Positions 30,152-41,419 of a stretch of 64,000 nt of DNA are shown here, one piece after another. A model generated the notes under the pieces. It did no database searches. It had not been told where the DNA came from and worked only from the letters and a program-made list of their open reading frames with translations. Each line of letters opens with the position of its first letter. Position 1 is the stretch's first letter. This stretch comes from an uncultured Acidobacteriota bacterium (GTDB taxonomy: Bacteria > Acidobacteriota > Thermoanaerobaculia > UBA5066 > DATFVB01). Position numbers and translations under genes: made by a program. The stretch lies in contig CAWEYG010000004.1 in NCBI GenBank assembly GCA_963813155.1, positions 32,001 through 96,000 of the forward strand. Direction: 5' to 3'.

Positions 30152-32733
30152 ATGAGCCTATCGGGCGGCACACGTCTCGGACCTTACGAGATCCTCTCGC
30201 CGCTCGGCGCCGGCGGGATGGGCGAGGTTTACCGGGCGCGCGACACGAAGCTCGATCGCGGCGTGGCGATCAAGATCCTCCCGGAGCGCCTTGCGACCGA
30301 TGAGGACGCCCTCGAGAGGTTCGAGCGCGAGGCGAAGGCGGTCGCGGCGCTCAACCATCCCAACATCCTGGGGATCTACGACTTCGGAAAAGAGGGGAGC
30401 GTCTCGTATGCCGCGATGGAGCTTCTCGAAGGCGAAACCCTTCGGGAGAAGCTCGGTTCTCCTGTTCCCGTTCGAAAGGCGATCGAATACGCGGTCCAAG
30501 TTGCCCAGGGCCTCGCGGCTGCCCACGAAAAGGGGATCGTTCACCGTGACCTAAAACCCGAAAACCTGTTCGTCACAAACGACGGCCGCGTCAAGATCCT
30601 CGACTTCGGTCTCGCGAAGGTCGTTGCGGCCGAGATTCCGGGAACCAACGCGCCGACCGCCGCCCTCGGCACCGAACCCGGTGTCGTGATGGGGACGGTC
30701 GGCTACATGTCTCCCGAACAGGTGAGGGCGCGGCCGGCCGACCACCGCTCGGACATTTTTTCCTTCGGCGCGATCCTCTACGAAATGCTCTCGGGCAAGC
30801 GTGCCTTCCGCGGCGACTCCGCCGCCGAGACGATGGCCGCCATCGCGAACACAGACCCGCCGGAGCTTTCGACGACGAGTGCGAACGTCTCGCCGACGCT
30901 CGACGGGATTGTCCGGCACTGTCTCGAGAAGAGCCCGTCGGAACGCTTTCAGTCGGCTCGCGACCTTGCCTTCGACCTGCAGGCATCCTCGACATCATCG
31001 GCGCGAAGCGGAACCACGGCGCGCTTCGCGGGCCGCGGCGTTCGCATTCCCACGCTCGCGGCGGCGGTCGCGGCGGTCGCGGTGGTTCTCGCGCTCTCGG
31101 CGGCGTTTCGGGTGGGGTCGGCCGTCGGCGAGCGGCGGGCCCGGTCGCATCCTCCGAGTTTTCAGCGGCTGACGTTCCGCCGGGGGACGGTCCTGGACGC
31201 GAGATTTTCGAGCGACGGAAAGACTCTGGTGTATTGCGCCGCGTGGCAGGGAGAGCCTCCGTCGCTCTACTCGGCTCGCGCGACGGCCCCGCAGTCCCAG
31301 AAGCTCGATCTGCCGCCCGCGACTCTCTTCTCGATTTCGCGGTCGGACGAAGTGCTCGATCGGCCTCGGCTGGCACTTCACGATCGGCTACACGTCCGAA
31401 GCGACGCTCGCGCGGGCGGGGATCTCGGGGGGAGCGCCGAAACCGATTGCCGAGCGCGTCGTTTCGGCGGACTGGAGCCCGGATGGCCAGACGATGGCGA
31501 TCTCCCGGTTCGTGGGCGAGAGCAACGTTCTCGAGTATCCGATCGGGCACGTCCTCTATTCGACGGTCAACTGGATCGACAACGTTCGAGTTTCGGCCGA
31601 CGGAAATCGGGTGGCTTTCGCCGACCACGACGTCCGGGGCGACAGCGCGGGAGACGTGGTCGTGATCGACCGGCAGGGCAAGACAAGGAAGATCATCCGG
31701 GCGGCGAAGAGCATCGCCAATCTCGTGTGGTCGCCCGACGGACGCGAGATCTGGTGGAGCGGCGACCGAACGGGCAACGCCAACGTGGTCGAAGCCGTCG
31801 ATCTCTCCGGCCGCGAGCGCGCGGTTTTTGGGAGCGGAGCGAGCAGTGTCGTGTCGGACATTTCCGCGACCGGGGGAGCGCTCATGATTCAGTCCAGCGC
31901 CCGGCGCGAGTTGAGTCTGGTGACGCGGGAGTCGCCCGCCGAGCGCGACCTGTCGTGGCTCGACTGGTCCTTCCCGACCGATCTCTCGGCGGACGGCCGC
32001 CGGGTCCTCATCTCCGAGCAGGGCGACGCGACGAAGGTGGATTACATTCTCTTTCTTCGCCCGACCGATGGATCGTCCGGCATCGAGGTCGGCCTCGGTC
32101 TCGGCTCGACGATCTCGCCCGATGGCAGGTACGTCGTATCGGTGCGCCGCGCGGGCGACGAGTACCTGATGGTTTATCCAACCGGCATCGGTCAGCCGAA
32201 GGAGATCGCGTTTCCCGGCCTCAAGCCGATCTGGGCCTGCTGGTTTCCCGACGGCCGCCGCCTCCTCGTGAGCGCGGATTCGACCGAAGCGTCCGGCCGG
32301 CTTCTACGAGAAAGACCTTCAAAGCGGAGCCCTCCGTCCGGTAGCGTCGCCGCCGCTCAATCCCTTCCATTTCCGCGTCTCTCCGAATGGCGAGACCGTG
32401 GCGGGCATGTCGCCGGACGAAAAGATCACGCTCGTGTCGCTTCGGACGGGCGTATCGCGAACTTTTCCCGACGACCTGCTGGCCGGCGACGTGCTCGCCT
32501 GGAGCGCCGACGGCCGCTCGCTGTATTTCTCGGACCGAATGCCGATGCCCGCGAGCGTCTATCGCCTCGACATCGCTACGGGCCGGCGGGAGCTCGTCCG
32601 GGAAGTCGTGCCGCAGGATCGCGCCGGCGTTCAGGCGATCGCGCCCGTGTTCACGACGCCCGACGGCGGGACGATCGCATTTTCGTTTCGGCGAATTCTC
32701 GACGACCTGTTTCTCGTCGACGGATTAAAGTAG
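30152..32733 (+). CDS. Hanks Ser/Thr kinase + TM + TolB/WD40-like beta-propeller (paralog); frameshifts
   Basis: Same kinase motifs; [23 protein letters not shown] repeats, ends LFLVDGLK. Confidence 0.9.
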
Positions 32734-33816
32734 TTACATCCGGACGAGGCCGGCGCCCCAGTGAAGCCCCGCGCCGAGCGCGGTGAAGCAAACGAGGTCG
32801 CCGGCCTTCACTTTGCCAGCCTCCTTCGCCTCGTGGAAGACGAGCGGGAGCGTCGCGGCCGTCGTGTTGCCGTACTTCTGGATGTTGTTGAAGACTTTCT
32901 CGTCCGGAAGGCCAAGCGCCTTCTGAACCGCTTCGTTGATGCGGAGGTTCGCCTGGTGCATCAGGAGGAGCGAGATGTCTTCCACGGCGAGCCCGTGCTT
33001 CGCGGCGATCTCGCGAACGATCGCGGGCATCGCGGTCGTCGCGAGCTTGAAGACCTGCCGGCCTTCGACGATCGGGATTTCCCGGTGGGCGTCGAGGGCG
33101 TCCTTCGTCACGTAGGGAAAGGAGGCCGAGCCGAGCGAGGGAACGTAGAGCTTGTCCCAGTGGTGGCCGTCCGTCCGCATCTCGAATCCGAGGAAGCCCC
33201 GGCCGTCGCCGGAGTCGTTCGCTTCGAGCAGAAACGCGCCGGCGGCGTCGCCGAAGATCACGGCGCGGTCGCGGATGGAAGTGCCGAACGCGTAGGTTTC
33301 GGGGGAAGGCGCCTCCTCCGTCTCCCCGAACAGGATCCGCCATTCGGTATCGCTCCAGGGATAGAAGGCGGCGTGGCATTCGGCGCCGACCAGGAGAACC
33401 CGGCGATACGTTCCCGAACGGATGAACGCGTCGCTGACCTGCAACCCGGAGAGAAATCCGGCGCATTGCATGCGGATGTCGAGAGCGGGCGTGCCCGAGA
33501 GTCCGAGTCTCGCGGCGACGATTCCTCCGTTTCCCGGAAAATAGTGGGCCGGCGTCATCGTCGCGAAGACGATCAGGTCGACGTCGGACGCCGCCAGCCC
33601 GGCGGATTCGAGCGCCCGCTTCGCCGCCTCGTAGCCCAGGTCCGCGGAGGAGGTCCCCTTCCGGGCGTAGTGGCGCTCGCGGATTCCCGTCCGCTGCTGG
33701 ATCCACTCGTCGTTCGTGTCCATCAGGCGGGAGAGGCGCTCGTTGGTGACCACGCCGTCGGGCACGAAGAGCCCCGAGCCCCGGATCACGGATTGGACGG
33801 ACGGGGAAGGAATCAT
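32734..33816 (-). CDS. fabH: 3-oxoacyl-ACP synthase III
   Basis: WIQQRTGIRER, QCAGF, IFGDAAGA, HQANLRI, YGNTTAA (C-H-N triad). Confidence 0.9.
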   Translation of the reverse strand: MIPSPSVQSVIRGSGLFVPDGVVTNERLSRLMDTNDEWIQQRTGIRERHYARKGTSSADLGYEAAKRALESAGLAASDVDLIVFATMTPAHYFPGNGGIVAARLGLSGTPALDIRMQCAGFLSGLQVSDAFIRSGTYRRVLLVGAECHAAFYPWSDTEWRILFGETEEAPSPETYAFGTSIRDRAVIFGDAAGAFLLEANDSGDGRGFLGFEMRTDGHHWDKLYVPSLGSASFPYVTKDALDAHREIPIVEGRQVFKLATTAMPAIVREIAAKHGLAVEDISLLLMHQANLRINEAVQKALGLPDEKVFNNIQKYGNTTAATLPLVFHEAKEAGKVKAGDLVCFTALGAGLHWGAGLVRM

Positions 33817-33820
33817 CGGC

Positions 33821-34324
33821 TCAGGCGTCGAGTGCCATTCGGATCTCCGGGCTCCGGCGCAGTGTCTGGTAGACGACGCAGTAGCGTTCGGTGAGCTCGA
33901 TCAACCTGCGCTGCTCTTCGGGGGACGCGTCGGAGTCCAGCTCGATGAAGAGGCGGATCTCGCGGAAGCCGACGGGCGCGTCCTTCGAGACCGCGAGGGT
34001 TCCCCGAAAGTCGAGATCGCCCTCGGCTCGGAGCTTCCCGCCGCGAACCGAAAGACCGAGCGAGGTCGCGACGGCCGAAAGCGTCACGCCGGCGCACGCG
34101 ACGAGCGCCTGCAGGAGCATGTCTCCGGAGCAGGCCTGGAGGCCCGTTCCTCCCGTCGCGGGATGCAGGCCGGCTTCGACGAGCGCGCGGCCCGTCGCGA
34201 CACTGCACGAAACGTTTTCTCCGAGAGTGCCCTCGGCTCGCAGCGTCACGAGGGCGCCATCGGGCTCCTCCCTGTAACGCGCTTTGAGCGGCGCCTGCAG
34301 TCCTTGAAGCTCTTCGCGGTTCAT
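33821..34324 (-). CDS. OsmC family protein
   Basis: ACSGDMLLQALVACAGVT, GDLDFRGTL, TERYCVV. Confidence 0.9.
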   Translation of the reverse strand: MNREELQGLQAPLKARYREEPDGALVTLRAEGTLGENVSCSVATGRALVEAGLHPATGGTGLQACSGDMLLQALVACAGVTLSAVATSLGLSVRGGKLRAEGDLDFRGTLAVSKDAPVGFREIRLFIELDSDASPEEQRRLIELTERYCVVYQTLRRSPEIRMALDA

Positions 34325-34359
34325 GCGAAAGAAGAATTTAGCACGGCTAGAATAAGGAT

Positions 34360-37300
34360 ATGAGTTTGACGACCGGCGCTCGCCTGGGTCCCTACGAAAT
34401 CGTCGCTCCTCTCGGCGCCGGAGGCATGGGAGAAGTGTACCGGGCGAGGGACGTGCGCCTCGGCCGCGAAGTGGCGGTCAAGGTATTGCCCGAAGAGTTC
34501 GGGCGGGATCCCGAGCGCCGGCAGCGATTCGAGCGGGAAGCTCGCGCCGCTTCCGCCCTGTCCAGCCCTCATATCGTGACGGTCTTCGACGTCGGCCAGG
34601 AGGCCGAGGTCTGTTTCCTCGTGACCGAGCTCGTCGAGGGCGGTGACCTGCGCTCCCTCATCGGCAGTTCCGGTCTCACGGTCGAAAGAGATCGTCGCTC
34701 TCGCGCACCAGATCGCCGTCGGCCTTTCCGAAGCGCACGAGAAGGGAATCGTCCATCGCGACCTGAAACCGGAGAACGTTCTCGTCTCGAAATCGGGGGC
34801 GGCGAAGATCGCCGATTTCGGTCTTGCGAAAGTGTCGGCGAACGACGGAGACGACCTGTCTCAAATGTTGACGACCGACCGGGAGATGACCAGCCAGGGG
34901 GTCATCCTGGGGACGCTGCCCTACATGTCCCCCGAACAGGCGCGCGGAGAGAGAGTCGACTTCCGGTCGGACCAGTTCGCGCTCGGCGCGATCATCTACG
35001 AGCTCTTGACGGGGTCTCGCCGTTCAAGCGCCCGACGGCGGTGCTGACTCTCTCCGCGGTGATGGACCACGATCCACCGGCGCTGGGGGAGCATCGCAGC
35101 GGGCTGCCGGCTCGGTTCGAGAGAATCGTCCGTCGCTGCCTGGCAAAGGACAGGGAAGCGCGGTACCACTCGACGAAGGACCTCGCGCGGGACCTTCTCG
35201 ACGCGTCCCGGCCCACGGTCGCGCCGTCGAAATCCGCGGCCTTGCCGCCCAGCCCGACTTTCGGGCGGACCCGCGAGCTCGAGGGGCTTCGGGCCCTTCT
35301 CGAACGAAGGGACGTTCGCCTGCTGACGCTGACGGGCCCGGCCGGGATCGGAAAGACACGCCTCGCTCGCCAGGTCGCCTACGAGCTCGCGTCCGATTTC
35401 CCGGGCGGTGTGGAGTTCGTGTCTCTCGCGACTCTCAGCAATCCTTCGCTGCTGATTTCGGCCATCGCGAAATCGCTCGGGGTCGGCGAGCAGCCGGGCC
35501 GGCCGCTCGACGAGTCCCTTCGGGAGCATCTGGCCGGCCGGGCCGGGGGCGCGACGCTCCTCGTTCTGGACAACTTCGAGCATCTCGTCTCGGAGGCCGG
35601 AGCGCTTCCGCCCATTCTCGACGCGGCGCCCGGGGTCAAGATTCTCGCGACGAGCCGCTCGGTGCTTCGCCTCTACGGCGAGCAGGAATTCCCGGTTCCG
35701 CCGCTCGAAACTCCGCGAGCGGGTGGCCGCGCCACGCCGGAGGCTCTCGAGACCATCGCTTCGGTCGAGCTCTTTCTCCAGAGGGCGCGCGCCGTGGCGC
35801 CGGATTTCTCGCTGACCGCCGAGAATGCGTCCGAAATCGCCGAGATCTGCCGGCGCCTGGAAGGAGTGCCCCTCGCGTTGGAGCTCGCCGCCGCGCGGGT
35901 CAAATTGTTCGCTCCCCGGACCCTGCTGGGACGCCTGGAGAAACGGCTCGATCTTCTGACGGGCGGTCCGCGGGACTCGCCCGGCCGCCTTCAGACGCTG
36001 CGGGCGGCGATCGATTGGAGCCACGATCTGCTCGACGATTCGGAGAGGACGCTCTTTCGCCGGATCGCGGTCTTCCGGGGCGGTTTCACGCTGGAGGGCG
36101 TCGAGGCGGTGTGCAACGCGCGCGAGGACCTGAGCCTCGACGTTCTGGAAGGAGTTGCTTCGCTCCGGGACAAGAGTCTCCTTCTCCGAATCGAGGGTGA
36201 GGAGGAGGAGCCGCGTTTCGCCCAGCTGGAGACGATTCGCGAGTACGGGTCGGAGCAGTTGACGAAGAGCGCGGAGCAGGAGTCGGTCTGCCGCTGTCAT
36301 GCGGCGTATTTCCTGGTTCTCGCCGAGGAGGCCGACGCGAAGCTGACGGGCCCCGAGGGCCCGGCGTGGTACACGCGCCTGAAGCAGGAGGAGGCCAACC
36401 TGCGGGCAGCCGTGGATTGGTTGACGCTCGGGAACGAGCCGGTCTGGGGCCTGCGTCTCGGCGCGGCCCTGCTTCGGTACTGGGAGAGGCAGGAGTATTT
36501 CTCCGAGGGACGCGCGCAGCTCGAGGGCCTGCTCGCCGTGGCGGGCGCGCAGGTCCGGACGCGGGAGCGCGCGAGAGCCCTGCTCGCGGCGGGCATCCTG
36601 TCCTTCGCCCAGGGCAACCTTGCCGCGGGAACCGCCCGCGCTCAGGAGAGTCTCGAGATCTTTCGCGAAGTCGGCGATCGCCGAGGATGGGTCGCGGCCT
36701 TGAACGATCTGGCGGTCGGCGCGTTTTCCCGGGGCGAGTACGCGACGGCGGCTCCTCTGTTCGAGGAAGCGATCCCGATTCTGGAAGAGATCGGCGACCG
36801 CCTCGCCGCGGAGCGCACGCGGATGAACCTTGCGGACACACTGCGGGCTTCGGGAGACGAGGAACGCGCCCGCGCGCTATTCGAGCGGTGTGTTCAGGCA
36901 TTCACCGATCTCGCGGACTTCGACGGCCTGGCGTGGACGATGAGTCATCTCGCCAGGATGGAGAGCGACCGCGGGGGCCGCGTCGAGGCAAGACAACTGC
37001 TGACCCACAGCCTTTCCCTTTTCGAGAAGACGGGGGATTTCGTCGGGGTCGCCAATTGCCGGAGCGACTTGAGCAGGATTGCGGGAGGGGAGGGCGATTT
37101 TCCGGCCGCCCGCGAGCACCTTCGCAGCGGTATTCTCGTGGCGAGACGCGAGGGACTGCGGAGAAGCCTTGCGCGCCTCGCCGACGACGCCTGCGCGATG
37201 GCCGTCGCCGAGGGGCGATCCGAGGCAGCGCGTCCGCCTGGCCGCATCGGTCGAATCGTTTCGGAGGAGCAGCGGCTTTCCCGCGCCCGCAGGTGGAACG

Positions 37301-37445
37301 GACCGATTTCGACGGGACTCTTTCGAGGGCGAGGGCGGCCCTGAGTGAATCGCGCGCGGAAAGCGCTTGGCGCGACGGCGCGTCGATGTCGATCGACGAC
37401 GCGCTCGAGGAAACCCTGGCTATTCCGCCGTCGTCGGATCGATGA
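34360..37445 (+). CDS. Ser/Thr kinase - STAND/NB-ARC-like ATPase - TPR protein; frameshifts
   Basis: Kinase N-terminus; [54 protein letters not shown]; TPR-like C-terminus. Confidence 0.88.
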
Positions 37446-37694
37446 GGTTGCGAACGAGCGAGATTCGGCTTGCCGGAAAGCCGGATCTCGCGCGGCGTGC
37501 TGCTTGATGAGGTCTTCGTCGGGCGCGAGATAGACGCAGTAGAGCCTGTCGTCGGTCACGAAACTCTGCAGCCACTGGATGTTGGGTCCCAGCTCTTTCA
37601 GGGTCGCGAGCGATTTCTGGGCCGCGGCCTGCAACTCCGAGGGGGACATCTTTCCGGCTCCGGGGATTTCCCGTTCGATGACGAATTTCGGCAT
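37420..37694 (-). CDS. DUF4242 family protein; 3' frameshift
   Basis: MPKFVIEREIPGAG...IQWLQSFVTDDRLYCVYLAPDEDLIKQHA..SGFPASRIS. Confidence 0.85.
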
Positions 37695-37743
37695 CCTGAC
37701 CTCCGGCTTTCCGCCCAATTGTAGCAGGCTGGGCGGAACCTCC

Positions 37744-37772
37744 TTGACAGGGGACGGGGGCTCGACTAGAGT
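37744..37772 (+). promoter_or_regulatory. sigma70 promoter of the aro-trp operon
   Basis: TTGACA (37744-37749) - 17 nt - TAGAGT (37767-37772). Confidence 0.85.
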
Positions 37773-37781
37773 TCCGGCTCG

Positions 37782-37835
37782 ATGAAGATCGGCTTTTCGC
37801 CCAGCTGGTATTGGTATAACGAGGCAACTCGGTAG
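37782..37835 (+). CDS. Attenuator leader peptide MKIGFSPSWYWYNEATR
   Basis: ATG...TGG TAT TGG TAT...TAG, lying between the promoter and the terminator upstream of the aromatic operon. Confidence 0.85.
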   Translation: MKIGFSPSWYWYNEATR

Positions 37836-37895
37836 GGCGAAGCTCGCCCTGCCGGAGAAATTCGGGCGGGGCGATCGAGAGAGCGGATTGAATCG

Positions 37896-37928
37896 AAACC
37901 CCCGGCCGAACCGGGGGTTTTGAATTTT
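37896..37928 (+). terminator. Attenuator terminator
   Basis: AAACCCCCGG-CCGAA-CCGGGGGTTT then TGAATTTT; competing antiterminator arm TTCGGGCGGGG at 37861-37871. Confidence 0.85.
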
Positions 37929-39443
37929 GGAACGGCCGCTTCCCCATCCCGCGTTCATCGCGTCGATCGCGCCGGCGGATTTCGACGACGCGAAACGGCT
38001 CGTGTCGCTCGTTCCCGAGGGGGCGAACGCGATCGAGTACCGTCTGGATCTCGCGGCGGGGCGCATCTCCTCGAGGGCGCTCCTGGAGCTCGACCCGCGG
38101 TGCGCGATCGTGACCTACCGCACCGAGCGGGAAGGGGGAAAGTTCGGCGGGACCCTCGACGAGTACCGGCGATCCGTTCAATCGGCCTACGAAGCCGGGG
38201 CCGCCGTCGACGTCGAGCTGGAGAGCGCGACACTGGAAGATCGCGCCTTTCTTCCGGACCGGCGGCGCGTCATCGGCTCGCGGCACGCCGCGGGCGAGGG
38301 CGGCTGGCCGGACGCGGAGGTGTCCCGCTACCTGTCGGCGGACGTCGGCGCGGTCAAGCTCGTGCGCACGAACGTGAGCTCGATTTCCGACGGGTCGGCC
38401 TGCCTCGCCGCCCTGAGACGCCATTCCGGATCGCGGCCGTTCTCCTGCTTCGCGACCGGAACGCGCGGCACGTTCACCCGGATCGTCGGCGCCCGGTTCG
38501 GGTCGGCGCTGACGTACGGGAGCGTCGGAGCGCCGACGGCGGACGGGCAGGTTTCCGTCGCCGACCTCCGGGACGTCTATGGCGTCGGCCGGCCGGATCC
38601 GCCGACGAGAATCTTCGGCATCTACGGCGCCGACGTGTCGCGGTCGCTCTCGCCCGTCATCCACAACGCCCTCTTCGCCCGGCGCGGCCTTCCTTCGCTC
38701 TACCTTCCCCTGTCCGCGTCGGACGGAGCTCCGGGCGGGGACGTCCTGCGGCGCGATCTCGAAGCTCTCGCGTCGGCGGATCTCCTTCCCGCCGGGTTGT
38801 CCGTCACGAACCCGTTCAAGTCGGCGTTCGAGTCGATCGTGGAGGCGATCGACGAGGACGACGCGGTCGCGCGCACGGGCGCCGCGAACACGCTCGTCCG
38901 GATCGACGTCCCGGAGGACGGGCCGCGATATCTCGCGCGGAACACCGATGCGGAAGCGGTCCTCGAGGTCCTCTCCGGCCTGCGGCTCGCGGGACGCACG
39001 GTCGTCGTCCTCGGCAACGGCGGAGCGGCGCGCGCCGCGGCCTACGCTGCCGGCCTGGCCGGGTGCGCGGTCTTCCTGGCCGGGCGCGACCTTCGGAAGG
39101 TCAAGCCGGTCGCCGACCGGTTCGGCGCGAACGCGATCGCCGTGGGCGATCTCTCGGGCCTGGAGGCGGACGTGCTCGTCAACGCGACTCCGCTCGGGAC
39201 GGATCGAGGACGACCCGATCCCTTTCCCGCGCTCGTTGCTCGGCCCGGAAGCCGGCCGTCATCGATTTCGTGTACCGGCTCTCGGGAGAGACACCGCTCG
39301 TCCGCGAGGCCCGGGAGCGCGGCTGCGACACGGCGGACGGCCGCGAGCTCCTCGCGCGCCAGGCCGTCGGGCAGGCGAAGCTCTTCGGCGCGGAGGGAGT
39401 TTCGTACGAGGAGATCGACGCGATCCTCCGGGAGCACCGGTGA
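37927..39443 (+). CDS. Bifunctional type I 3-dehydroquinate dehydratase / shikimate dehydrogenase (AroD-AroE); frameshift near 39200-39250
   Basis: IEYRLD, TYRTEREGG, VIGSRH, AVKL; SLSPVIHN, SVTNPFK, NTD, GNGGAARA, NATPLG. Confidence 0.88.
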
Positions 39444-40847
39444 CGCGCGTCGTCACGCGGACGCTGCTCGCGGACACGACGACGCCCGTCGCCGTCATGC
39501 GAAAGCTGCTCGCCTCGGGCGGGGAGTCCTTTCTGCTCGAGAGCGTCGAGGGAGGCCGAAACGTCGCCCGCTACTCGTTTCTCGGCACGGCGCCGAAGGC
39601 GCGCATCGTGTTCCGGGACCGGGAGATCTCCGTCGAGGGAGACGGGGCGGAGCAGCCGGCGTTCGACGGCCGCGATCCCCTCGGGGTCGTCAGCCGGCGC
39701 GTGGTGCGGCCGGGCTTTCGCCGGGAGGAAGGGCAGCCGCCGTTTTCGGGTGGCGCCGTCGGTTACCTCTCGTACGACGCGGTCCGGATGTTCGAGCGGA
39801 TTCCCTCCCGGCACCCGCGCGTCTCCCGCATGCCGGACGCCCTGTTCCTCGTGTTCGATTCGACGATCGCGTTCGACCACGCGAAGGGGATCATGGTCCT
39901 CCAGTCGCTGGCCGAGGACTCGGAGGCCGACGCGGCCGCGGAATCGCGGCTCGACGTTCTCGAGAGGATCGTCGGGGCGCCCGCTCCGCCGGAAGACGGG
40001 CCGGCCGCGGCTCCTCCGGACTTCACGGAACGAACCTCGCGGGAGGGGTTCCTCGCGTCCGTCGACCTCGCGAAGGAACGGATTTCCGCGGGCGACATCT
40101 ACCAGATCCAGATCTCCCGGAGGTGGTCCGGCCGGCTCGAGAGCGATCCGTTCGAGGTCTATCGCGCCCTCCGGAGGGTGAACCCTTCGCCTTACCAGTT
40201 CTTCCTGCGCACTCGCGAAGCCGATATTCTCGGAGCGTCGCCGGAGATGCTCGTCCGGATCCGGGCCGGACGGATCGAGACCCGTCCGATCGCCGGAACG
40301 TATCCCCGCGGAGCCACTCCGGCGGAAGACCGGGAGCTCGAGGAGCGGTTTCTCTCCGACCCGAAGGAGAAAGCGGAGCACATCATGCTCGTCGACCTCG
40401 CGCGAAACGATCTCGGCCGGGTGTGCGAGAGCGGCAGCGTCTCGGTGCCGGAGTTCTTCCAGGTCGAGAAATACTCGCACGTGCAGCACCTCGTCTCCTC
40501 CGTCGTCGGGCCGCCTCAAGCCGGGCGTCACGGCTCTCGAGGCTCTCGCCGCGTCGTTTCCCGCGGGAACTCTGACCGGCGCGCCGAAGATCCGCGCGAT
40601 GGAGCTGATCGACGAGCTCGAGACGAGCCGACGCGGGATCTACGGAGGCGCGATCGGATACCTGGACGCGTCGGGCGATCTCGACTCGGCGATCGCGATC
40701 CGCACGATGGCCGTCGAGGACGGGGAAGCCCGAATCCAGGCGGCCGCCGGGATCGTCGCCGACTCGGTGCCGGAGCGTGAGGCGCGGGAGACGGAGATCA
40801 AGTCCGGCGCGTTGTTCCGCGCGGCGCGGGAGGCGTGCGGCCGATGA
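39440..40847 (+). CDS. trpE: Anthranilate synthase component I; frameshift near 40510
   Basis: FLLESVEGG, GDIYQI, NPSPY, RPIAGT, EHIMLVDLARND, FPAGTLTGAPK, YGGAIGY. Confidence 0.93.
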
Positions 40848-41419
40848 TCCTGATGGTCGACAACTACGACTCGTTCACGTTCAACCTCGTGCAGGCGATC
40901 GCGGTGCTCGATCCCGACGTTCGAGTCGTCCGGAACGACGAGTTCGACGTCGCCGAGGAAATCTCCCGGAAGCCGGCGAGGATCGTGATTTCGCCGGGGC
41001 CGGGCAGGCCCGAGGACGCGGGCAGGACGATCGAGACGATCCGGGCCGCGGAGCGGGAGCGGATTCCGCTGCTCGGGGTCTGCCTCGGGCACCAGGCCAT
41101 CGCGGTCGCGCACGGCGCGACGGTTTCGCGCGCTCCGGTGCCCGTGCACGGAAAGACTTCGCGGATCTCGCACGCCGGGATCGGCATCTTCGCCGGTCTC
41201 TCGAACCCGTTCGAGGCCACGCGTTACCATTCCCTCGCGGTCGCGGAGCGGACGCTTCCGGAGGAGCTCGTGACGACCGCGCGTTCCGAGGACGGGCTCG
41301 TGATGGGAATTCGCCATGCGTCGCTGCCGGTCTTCGGCGTCCAGTTCCACCCCGAGTCGATTCTTTCGATCGAGGGACCGAAGCTGATCGCGAACTTCCT
41401 GCGCGGGAGCTTCGAGTGA
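40844..41419 (+). CDS. trpG: Anthranilate synthase component II (glutamine amidotransferase)
   Basis: DNYDSFT, ISPGPG, GVCLGHQ, QFHPES. Confidence 0.95.
   Translation: MILMVDNYDSFTFNLVQAIAVLDPDVRVVRNDEFDVAEEISRKPARIVISPGPGRPEDAGRTIETIRAAERERIPLLGVCLGHQAIAVAHGATVSRAPVPVHGKTSRISHAGIGIFAGLSNPFEATRYHSLAVAERTLPEELVTTARSEDGLVMGIRHASLPVFGVQFHPESILSIEGPKLIANFLRGSFE

Noticed and set aside
27508-32733. Programmed frameshifting or phase variation in the kinase genes
   Set aside because: Shifts are scattered, lack slippery motifs or long homopolymers, and also affect housekeeping genes
33821-34324. Selenocysteine recoding in redox proteins (OsmC, YpdA, PCYCGC-type)
   Set aside because: Cys codons are present and no in-frame TGA is needed
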